This document shows positions 53,001 through 64,000 of a stretch of DNA of 64,000 bases, in pieces (positions within the stretch are counted from its first letter, which is position 1; each line of letters starts with the position of its first letter). The notes beneath the pieces were generated by a model. It worked only from the letters and a program-made list of their open reading frames with translations. It had not been told where the DNA came from and did no database searches. The DNA lies in NCBI GenBank assembly GCA_964247055.1, contig OZ176053.1, positions 13,330,001-13,394,000 of the forward strand, read 5' to 3'. The position numbers and the translations under genes were made by a program. Origin of the DNA: Paragordius varius. Its lineage: Eukaryota > Animalia > Nematomorpha.

Positions 53001-56000
53001 AAACCAGTCGCATCAATACTCAAGTTAAACTTTGTCCTTAAAAATCGGATATTGGTCACCGGTGAACAAAATTTTTTTTATACATTCTCTTAGTAGGACT
53101 ACATATAAATATAGAGATAGTTTGGCAAACTCTTTCATATCCGATTTTTACAACAATACTTTAAAAATTAATGTATAAAACTATTCGCATGATTACTCAA
53201 GTTAAACTTTGTCCTTAAAAATCGGATATTGGTCACCGGTGAACAAAATAATTTTTTATACATTCTCTTAGTAAGACTACATCAAAATATAGAGATAGTT
53301 TTGCAAACTCTTTCATATCCGATTTTTACAACGATACTTTAAAAATTAATGTATAAAACTAGTCGCATCAATACTCAAGTTAAACTTTGTCCTTAAAAAT
53401 CGGATATTGGTCACCGGTGAACAAAATTTTTTTTATACATTCTCTTAGTAGGACTACATATAAATATAGAGATAGTTTGGCAAACTCTTTCATATCCGAT
53501 TTTTACAAAGATACTTTATAAATTAATGTATAAAACTAGTCGCATCAATAAGTCGCATCAATACTCAAGTTAAACTTTGTCCTTAAAAATCGGATATTGG
53601 TCACCAGTGAACAAAATAATTTTTTATACATTCTCTTAGTAAGACTACATCAAAATATAGAGATAGTTTGACAAACTCTTTCATATCCGATTTTTACAAC
53701 GATACTTTAAAAATTATGGTATTAAACCAGTCGCATCAATACTCAAGTTAAACTTTGTCCTTAAAAATCGGATATTGGTCACCGGTGAACAAAATTTTTT
53801 TTATACATTCTCTTAGTAGGACTACATATAAATATAGAGATAGTTTGGCAAACTCTTTCATATCCGATTTTTACAACAATACTTTAAAAATTAATGTATA
53901 AAACTAGTCGCATCAATACTCAAGTTAAACTTTGTCCTTAAAAATCGGATATTGGTCACCGGTGAACAAAATAATTTTTTATACATTCTCTTAGCAAGAA
54001 TACATCAAATAATAGAGATAGTTTGACAAACTCTTTCATATCCGATTTTTACAAAGATACTTTATAAATTAATGTATAAAACTAGTCGCATCAATAAGTC
54101 GCATCAATACTCAAGTTAAACTTTGTCCTTAAAAATCGGATATTGGTCACCAGTGAACAAAATAATTTTTTATACATTCTCTTAGTAAGACTACATCAAA
54201 ATATAGAGATAGTTTGACAAACTCTTTCATATCCGATTTTTACAACGATACTTTAAAAATTATGGTATTAAACCAGTCGCATCAATACTCAAGTTAAACT
54301 TTGTCCTTAAAAATCGGATATTGGTCACCGGTGAACAAAATTTTTTTTATACATTCTCTTAGTAGGACTACATATAAATATAGAGATAGTTTGGCAAACT
54401 CTTTCATATCCGATTTTTACAACAATACTTTAAAAATTAATGTATAAAACTATTCGCATGATTACTCAAGTTAAACTTTGTCCTTAAAAATCGGATATTG
54501 GTCACCGGTGAACAAAATAATTTTTTATACATTCTCTTAGTAAGACTACATCAAAATATAGAGATAGTTTTGCAAACTCTTTCATATCCGATTTTTACAA
54601 CGATACTTTAAAAATTAATGTATAAAACTAGTCGCATCAATACTCAAGTTAAACTTTGTCCTTAAAAATCGGATATTGGTCACCGGTGAACAAAATTATT
54701 TTTTATACATTCTCTTAGTAAAAATACATCAAAATATAGAGATAGTTTGAGAAACTCTTTCATATCCGATTTTTACAACGATACTTTAAAAATTAATGTA
54801 TTAAACTAGTCGCATCAATACTCAAGTTAAACTTTGTCCTTAAAAATCGGATATTGGTCACCGGTGAACAAAATTATTTTTTATACATTCTCTTAGTAAG
54901 ACTACATCAAAATATAGAGATAGTTTGACAAACTCTTTCATATCCGATTTTAACAACGATACTTTAAAAATTAATGTATTAAACTAGTCGCATCAATACT
55001 CAAGTTAAACTTTGTCCTTAAAAATCGGATATTGGTCACCGGTGAACAAAATTATTTTTTATACATTCTCTTAGTAAGACTACATCAAAATATAGAGATA
55101 GTTTGACAAACTCTTTAATATCTGATTTTTACAACGATACTTTAAAAATTAATGTATAATTTAGCATACGACAATATTCAATTTGAACTTTGTCCTTAAA
55201 AATCGGATATTGGTCACCGGTGAACAAAATTATTTTTTATACATTCTCTTAGTAAGACTACATCAAAATATAGAGATAGTTTGACAAACTCTTTCATATC
55301 CGATTTTTACAACGATACTTTAAAAATTAATGTATAAAACTAGTCGCATGATTACTCAAGTTAAACTTTGTCCTTAAAAATCGGATATTGGTCACCGGTG
55401 AACAAAATTATTTTTTATACATTCTCTTAGTACTACATCAAAATATAGAGATAGTTTGACAAACTCTTTCATATCCGATTTTTACAACGATACTTTATAA
55501 ATTAATGTATAAAACTAGTCGTATCAATAAATCGCATCAATACTCAAGTTAAACTTTGTCCTTAAAAATCGGATATTGGTCACCGGTGAACAAAATTATT
55601 TTTTATACATTCTCTTAGTAGGACTACATCAAAATATAGAGATAGTTTGGCAAACTCTTTCATATCCGATTTTTACAACGATACTTTAAAAATTAATGTA
55701 TAAAACTAGTCGTTATAAATCGCATCAATACTCAAGTTAAACTTTGTCCTTAAAAATCGGATATTGGTCACCGGTGAACAAAATTATTTTTTATACATTC
55801 TCTTAGTAAGACTACATCAAAATATAGAGATAGTTTGACAAACTCTTTCATATCCGATTTTTACAACGATACTTTAAAAATTAATGTATAAAACTAGTCG
55901 CATGATTACTCAAGTTAAACTTTGTCCTTAAAAATCGGATATTGGTCACCGGTGAACAAAATTATTTTTTATACATTCTCTTAGTAGGACTACATCAAAA

Positions 56001-58435
56001 TATAGAGATAGTTTGACAAACTCTTTCATATCCGATTTTTACAATTAAACCAGTCGCATCAATACTCAAGTTAAACTTTGTCCTTAAAAATCGGATATTG
56101 GTACCGGTGAACAAAATTATTTTTTATACATTCTCTTAGTAAGACTACATCAAAATATAGAGATAGTTTGACAAACTCTTTCATATCCGATTTTTACAAC
56201 GATACTTTAAAAATTAATGTGTTAAACTAGTCGCATCAATACTCAAGTTAAACTTTGTCCTTTAAAATCGGATATTGGTCACCGGTGAACAAAATTATTT
56301 TTTATACATTCTCTTAGTAGGACTACGTCAAAATATAGAGATAGTTTGGCAAACTTTTTCATAGATTTTTACAACGATACTTTAAAAATTAATGTATAAA
56401 ACTAGTCGTATCAATGAATCGCATCAATACTCAAGTTAAACTTTGTCCTTAAAAATCGGATATTGGTCACCGGTGAACAAAATTATTTTTTATACATTCT
56501 CTTAGTAGGACTACATCAAAATATAGAGATAGTTTGGCAAACTCTTTCATATCCGATTTTTACAACGATACTTTATAAATTAATGTATAAAACTAGTCGT
56601 ATCAATAAATCGCATCAATACTCAAGTTAAACTTTGTCCTTAAAAATCGGATATTGGTCACCGGTGAACAAAATTATTTTTTATACATTCTCTTAGTAGG
56701 ACTACATCAAAATATAGAGATAGTTTGGCAAACTCTTTCATACCCGATTTTTACAACGATACTTTAAAAATTAATGTATAAAACTAGTCGTATCAATAAA
56801 TCGCATCAATACTCAAGTTAAACTTTGTCCTTAAAAATCGGATATTGGTCACCGGTGAACAAAATTATTTTTTATACATTCTCTCAGTAAGACTACATCA
56901 AAATATAGAGATAGTTTGGCAAACTCTTTCATATCCGATTTTTACAACGATACTTTAAAAATAATGTGTTAAACTAGTCGCATCAATACTCAAGTTAAAC
57001 TTTGTCCTTAAAAATCGGATATTGGTCACCGGTGAACAAAATTATTTTTTATACATTCTCTTAGTAAGACTACATCAAAATATAGAGATAGTTTGACAAA
57101 CTCTTTCATATCCGATTTTTACAACGATACTTTAAAAATTAATGTATAAAACTAGTCGTATCAATGAATCGCATCAATACTCAAGTTAAACTTTGTCCTT
57201 AAAAATCGGATATTGGTCACCGGTGAACAAAATTATTTTTTATACATTCTCTTAGTAGGACTACATCAAAATATAGAGATAGTTTGGCAAACTCTTTCAT
57301 ATCCGATTTTTACAACGATACTTTAAAAATTATGGTATTAAACCAGTCGCATCAATACTCAAGTTGAACTTTGTCCTTAAAAATCGGATATTGGTCACCG
57401 GTGAACAAAATAATTTTTTTACATTCTCTTAGTAAGACTACATCAAAATATAGAGATAGTTTGGCAAACTCTTTCATATCCGATTTTTACAACGATACTT
57501 TAAAAATTAATGTATTAAACTAGTCGCATCAATACTCAAGTTAAACTTTGTCCTTAAAAATCGGATATTGGTCACCGGTGAACAAAATAATTTTTTATAC
57601 ATTCTCTTAGCAAGAATACATCAAATAATAGAGATAGTTTGACAAACTCTTTCATATCCGATTTTTACAACGATACTTTATAAATTAATGTATAAAACTA
57701 GTCGTATCAATAAGTCGCATCAATACTCAAGTTAAACTTTGTCCTTAAAAATCGGATATTGGTCACCAGTGAACAAAATAATTTTTTATACATTCTCTTA
57801 GTAAGACTACATCAAAATATAGAGATAGTTTGACAAACTCTTTCATATCCGATTTTTACAACGATACTTTAAAAATTATGGTATTAAACCAGTCGCATCA
57901 ATACTCAAGTTAAACTTTGTCCTTAAAAATCGGATATTGGTCACCGGTGAACAAAATTTTTTTTATACATTCTCTTAGTAGGACTACATATAAATATAGA
58001 GATAGTTTGGCAAACTCTTTCATATCCGATTTTTACAACAATACTTTAAAAATTAATGTATAAAACTATTCGCATGATTACTCAAGTTAAACTTTGTCCT
58101 TAAAAATCGGATATTGGTCACCGGTGAACAAAATAATTTTTTATACATTCTCTTAGTAAGACTACATCAAAATATAGAGATAGTTTTGCAAACTCTTTCA
58201 TATCCGATTTTTACAACGATACTTTAAAAATTAATGTATAAAACTAGTCGCATCAATACTCAAGTTAAACTTTGTCCTTAAAAATCGGATATTGGTCACC
58301 GGTGAACAAAATTTTTTTTATACATTCTCTTAGTAGGACTACATATAAATATAGAGATAGTTTGGCAAACTCTTTCATATCCGATTTTTACAAAGATACT
58401 TTATAAATTAATGTATAAAACTAGTCGCATCAATA
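50067..58435 (+). repeat. ~3.5-kb block duplicated at offset 4885 (about 50067-53550 vs 54952-58435)
   Basis: Six rare markers share offset 4885: ATAATTTAGC 50271/55156, GGTACC 51215/56100, TTTTCATAGA 51471/56356, GTTGAAC 52481/57366, CTATTCGC 53181/58066, ACAAAG 53501/58386. Confidence 0.9.
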
Positions 58436-61400
58436 CTCAAGTTAAACTTTGTCCTTAAAAATCGGATATTGGTCACCGGTGAACAAAATAATTTTTTATA
58501 CATTCTCTTAGCAAGAATACATCAAATAATAGAGATAGTTTGACAAACTCTTTCATATCCGATTTTTACAACGATACTTTATAAATTAATGTATAAAACT
58601 AGTCGTATCAATAAGTCGCATCAATACTCAAGTTAAACTTTGTCCTTAAAAATCGGATATTGGTCACCAGTGAACAAAATAATTTTTTATACATTCCCTT
58701 AGTAAGACTACATCAAAATATAGAGATAGTTTGACAAACTCTTTCATATCCGATTTTTACAACGATACTTTAAAAATTATGGTATTAAACCAGTCGCATC
58801 AATACTCAAGTTAAACTTTGTCCTTAAAAATCGGATATTGGTCACCGGTGAACAAAATTTTTTTTATACATTCTCTTAGTAGGACTACATATAAATATAG
58901 AGATAGTTTGGCAAACTCTTTCATATCCGATTTTTACAACGATACTTTAAAAATTATGGTATTAAACCAGTCGCATCAATACTCAAGTTAAACTTTGTCC
59001 TTAAAAATCGGATATTGGTCACCGGTGAACAAAATTTTTTTTATACATTCTCTTAGTAGGACTACATATAAATATAGAGATAGTTTGGCAAACTCTTTCA
59101 TATCCGATTTTTACAACAATACTTTAAAAATTAATGTATAAAACTAGTCGCATGATTACTCAAGTTAAACTTTGTCCTTAAAAATCGGATATTGGTCACC
59201 GGTGAACAAAATAATTTTTTATACATTCTCTTAGTAAGACTACATCAAAATATAGAGATAGTTTTGCAAACTCTTTCATATCCGATTTTTACAACGATAC
59301 TTTAAAAATTAATGTATAAAACTAGTCGCATCAATACTCAAGTTAAACTTTGTCCTTAAAAATCGGATATTGGTCACCGGTGAACAAAATTTTTTTTATA
59401 CATTCTCTTAGTAGGACTACATATAAATATAGAGATAGTTTGGCAAACTCTTTCATATCCGATTTTTACAACGATACTTTATAAATTAATGTATAAAACT
59501 AGTCGCATCAATACTCAAGTTAAACTTTGTCCTTAAAAATCGGATATTGGTCACCGGTGAACAAAATAATTTTTTATACATTCTCTTAGCAAGAATACAT
59601 CAAATAATAGAGATAGTTTGACAAACTCTTTCATATCCGATTTTTACAACGATACTTTATAAATTAATGTATAAAACTAGTCGTATCAATAAGTCGCATC
59701 AATACTCAAGTTAAACTTTGTCCTTAAAAATCGGATATTGGTCACCAGTGAACAAAATAATTTTTTATACATTCCCTTAGTAAGACTACATCAAAATATA
59801 GAGATAGTTTGACAAACTCTTTCATATCCGATTTTTACAACGATACTTTAAAAATTATGGTATTAAACCAGTCGCATCAATACTCAAGTTAAACTTTGTC
59901 CTTAAAAATCGGATATTGGTCACCGGTGAACAAAATTTTTTTTATACATTCTCTTAGTAGGACTATATATAAATATAGAGATAGTTTGGCAAACTCTTTC
60001 ATATCCGATTTTTACAACAATACTTTAAAAATTAATGTATAAAACTAGTCGCATGATTACTCAAGTTAAACTTTGTCCTTAAAAATCGGATATTGGTCAC
60101 CGGTGAACAAAATAATTTTTTATACATTCTCTTAGTAAGACTACATCAAAATATAGAGATAGTTTTGCAAACTCTTTCATATCCGATTTTTACAACGATA
60201 CTTTAAAAATTAATGTATAAAACTAGTCGCATCAATACTCAAGTTAAACTTTGTCCTTAAAAATCGGATATTGGTCACCGGTGAACAAAATTTTTTTTAT
60301 ACATTCTCTTAGTAGGACTACATATAAATATAGAGATAGTTTGGCAAACTCTTTCATATCCGATTTTTACAACGATACTTTATAAATTAATGTATAAAAC
60401 TAGTCGTATCAATAAGTCGCATCAATACTCAAGTTAAACTTTGTCCTTAAAAATCGGATATTGGTCACCGGTGAACAAAATAATTTTTTATATATTCTCT
60501 TAGTAAGACTACATCAAAATATAGAGATAGTTAGACAAACTCTTTCATATCCGATTTTTACAACGATACTTTAAAAATTATGGTATTAAACCAGTCGCAT
60601 GAATACTCAAGTTAAACTTTGTCCTTAAAAATCGGATATTGGTCACCGGTGAACAAAATTTTTTTTATACATTCTCTTAGTAGGACTACATATAAATATA
60701 GAGATAGTTTGGCAAACTCTTTCATATCCGATTTTTACAACAATACTATAAAAATTAATGTATAAAACTAGTCGCATGATTACTCAAGTTAAACTTTGTC
60801 CTTAAAAATCGGATATTGGTCACCGGTGAACAAAATTATTTTTTATACATTCTCTTAGTAGGACTACATCAAAATATAGAGATAGTTTGACAAACTCTTT
60901 TATATCCGATTTTTACAACGATACTTTATAAATTAATGTATAAAACTAGTCGTATCAATAAATCGCATCAATACTCAAGTTAAACTTTGTCCTTAAAAAT
61001 CGGATATTGGTCACCGGTGAACAAAATTATTTTTTATACATTCTCTTAGTAGGACTACATCAAAATATAGAGATAGTTTGGCAAACTCTTTCATATCCGA
61101 TTTTTACAACGATACTTTAAAAATTAATGTATAAAACTAGTCGTATCAATAAATCGCATCAACACTCAAGTTAAACTTTGTCCTTAAAAATCGGATATTG
61201 GTCACCGGTGAACAAAATGATTTTTTATACATTCTCTTAGTAGGACTACATCAAAATATAGAGATAGTTTGGCAAACTCTTTCATATCTGATTTTTACAA
61301 CGATACTTTAAAAATTAATGTGTTAAACTAGTCGCATCAATACTCAAGTTAAACTTTGTCCTTAAAAATCGGATATTGGTCACCGGTGAACAAAATTATT

Positions 61401-64000
61401 TTTTATACATTCTCTTAGTAGGACTACATCAAAATATAGAGATAGTTTGGCAAACTCTTTTATATCTGATTTTTACAACGATACTTTAAATTAAGTGTTA
61501 AACTAGTCGCATCAATACTCAAGTTAAACTTTGTCCTTAAAAATCGGATATTGGTCACCGGTGAACAAATTATTTTTTATACATTCTCTCAGTAAGACTA
61601 CATCAAAATATAGAGATAGTTTGACAAACTCTTTCATATCCGATTTTTACAACGATACTTTAAAAATTAATGTATAAAACTAGTCGTATCAATAAATTGC
61701 ATCAATACTCAAGTTAAACTTTGTCCTTAAAAATCGGATATTCGTCACCGGTGAATAAAATTATTTTTTATACATTCTCTTAGTAGGACTACATCAAAAT
61801 ATAGAGATAGTTTGGCAAACTCTTTCATATCTGATTTTTACAACGATACTTTAAAAATTAAGTGTTAAACTAGTCGCATCAATACTCAAGTTAAACTTTG
61901 TCCTTCAAAATCGGATATTGGTCACCGGTGAACAAAATTATTTTTTATACATTCTCTCAGTAAGACTACATCAAAATATAGAGATAGTTTGACAAACTCT
62001 TTCATATCCGATTTTTACAACGATACTTTAAAAATAATGTGTTAAACTAGTCACATCAATACTCAAGTTAAACTTTGTCCTTAAAAATCGGATATTGGTC
62101 ACCGGTGAACAAAATTATTTTTTATACATTCTCTTAGTAAGACTACATCAAAATATAGAGATAGTTTGACAAACTCTTTCATATCCGATTTTTACAACAA
62201 TACTTTAAAAATTAATGTATAAAACTAGTCGTATCAATAAATCGCATCAATACTCAAGTTAAACTTTGTCCTTAAAAATCGGATATTGGTCACCGGTGAA
62301 CAAAATTATTTTTTATACATTCTCTCAGTAAGACTACATCAAAATATAGAGATAGTTTGACAAACTCTTTCATATCCTATTTTTACAACGATACTTTAAA
62401 AATAATGTGTTAAACTAGTCGCATCAATACTCAAGTTAAACTTTGTCCTTAAAAATCGGATATTGGTCACCGGTGAACAAAATTATTTTTTATACATTCT
62501 CTTAGTAGGACTACATCAAAATATAGAGATAGTTTGGCAAACTCTTTCATATCCGATTTTTACAACGATACTTTAAAAATTAATCTATTAAACTAGTCGC
62601 ATCAATACTCAAGTTAAACTTTGTCCTTAAAAATCGGATATTGGTCACCGGTGAACAAAATAATTTTTTATACATTCTCTTAGCAAGACTACATCAAATA
62701 ATAGAGATAGTTTGACAAACTCTTTCATATCCGATTTTTACAACGATACTTTTAAAATTAATGTATAAAACTAGTCGCATCAATACTCAAGTTAAACTTT
62801 GTCCTTAAAAATCGGATATTGGTCACCGGTGAACAAAATTATTTTTTATACATTCTCTTAGTAAGACTACATCAAAATATAGAGATAGTTTGAGAAACTC
62901 TTTCATATCCGATTTTTACAACGATACTTTAAAAATTAATGTATTAAACTAGTCGCATCAATACTCAAGTTAAACTTTGTCCTTAAAAATCGGATATTGG
63001 TCACCGGTGAACAAAATTATTTTTTATACATTCTCTTAGTAAGACTACATCAAAATATAGAGATAGTTTGACAAACTCTTTCATATCCGATTTTTACAAC
63101 GATACTTTAATAATTATGGTATCAAACCAGTCGCATCAATACTCAAGTTAAACTTTGTCCTTAAAAATCGGATATTGGTCACCGGTGAACAAAATTATTT
63201 TTTATACATTCTCTTAGTAGGACTACATCAAAATATAGAGATAGTTTGGCAAACTCTTTCATATCCGATTTTTACAACGATACTTTAAAAATTAATGTAT
63301 AAAACTAGTCGCATCAATACTATAGTTAAACTTTGTCCTTAAAAATCGGATATTGGTCACCGGTGAACAAAATAATTTTTGATACATTCTCTTAGTAAGA
63401 CTACATCAAAATATAGAGATAGTTTGACAAACTCTTTCATATCCAATTTTTACAACGATACTTTAAAAATTATGGTATTAAACCAGTCGCATCAATACTC
63501 AAGTTAAACTTTGTCCTTAAAAATCGGATATTGGTCACCGGTGAACAAAATAATTTTTTTACATTCTCTTAGTAAGACTACATCAAAATATAGAGATAGT
63601 TTGACAAACTCTTTCAAATCCGATTTTTACAACGATACTTTAAAAATTAATCTATTAAACTAGTCGCTTCAATACTCAAGTTAAACTTTGTCCTTAAAAA
63701 TCGGATATTGGTCACCGGTGAACAAAATAATTTTTTATACATTCTCTTAGCAAGACTACATCAAATAATAGAGATAGTTTGACAAACTCTTTCATATCCG
63801 ATTTTTACAACGATACTTTACAAATTAATGTATAAAACTAGTCGTATCAATAAGTCGCATCAATACTCAAGTTAAACTTTGTCCTTAAAAATCGGATATT
63901 GGTCACCGGTGAACAAAATAATTTTTTATATATTCTCTTAGTAAGACTACATCAAAATATAGAGATAGTTTGACAAACTCTTTCATATCCAATTTTTACA

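Larger units (their letters stand above)
1..64000 (+). repeat. Tandem satellite DNA array, ~178-bp AT-rich monomer, ~360 copies, all in one orientation
   Basis: The motif ...AAAAATCGGATATTGGTCACCGGTGAAC... recurs at roughly monomer-length intervals (156-191 bp; 54-bp deletion junctions at four sites) from the first line to the last. Monomer starts at 1, 179, 370, 548, 726, 882 give lengths 178, 191, 178, 178, 156. No non-satellite sequence was seen. Confidence 0.99.

Noticed and set aside
1-64000. CRISPR-like array (palindromic repeat with variable intervening sequence)
   Set aside because: The intervening sequence is itself nearly identical in each unit. There are no unique spacers, leader or cas genes.
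1-64000. CpG-methylation signature (CCG>CTG, ACG>ACA, CCGG>CCAG, CCGA>CCAA, TCGC>TCAC/TTGC)
   Set aside because: Several CpG transitions exist, but many non-CpG transitions and transversions are also present. It cannot be claimed without a duplication-corrected count.

Overview
The whole 64-kb window is one uninterrupted, head-to-tail, single-orientation satellite array of about 360 monomers. The consensus monomer is 178 bp and about 27-28% GC (hand count). I saw no gene, RNA gene, transposon insertion, inversion or CRISPR structure. The four 61-aa ORFs are by-products of one monomer variant. The information lies in the internal architecture. (i) The monomer carries two interleaved inverted-repeat pairs (14 bp and 11 bp) plus several short palindromes. 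(ii) There are recurrent length variants of 156, 188, 191 and 124 bp. (iii) Different higher-order repeats (HORs) succeed one another along the window: an 881-bp 5-mer, a 1960-bp 11-mer, a 547-bp trimer and a 2104-bp 12-mer. (iv) Nested kb-scale duplications with offsets from 0.7 to 21 kb can be traced through rare diagnostic variants. The monomer length and HOR layering resemble a eukaryotic (peri)centromeric satellite, but I do not recognise the family or organism, and centromere function cannot be shown from sequence. All offsets were obtained by hand from diagnostic markers, and block ends are approximate.
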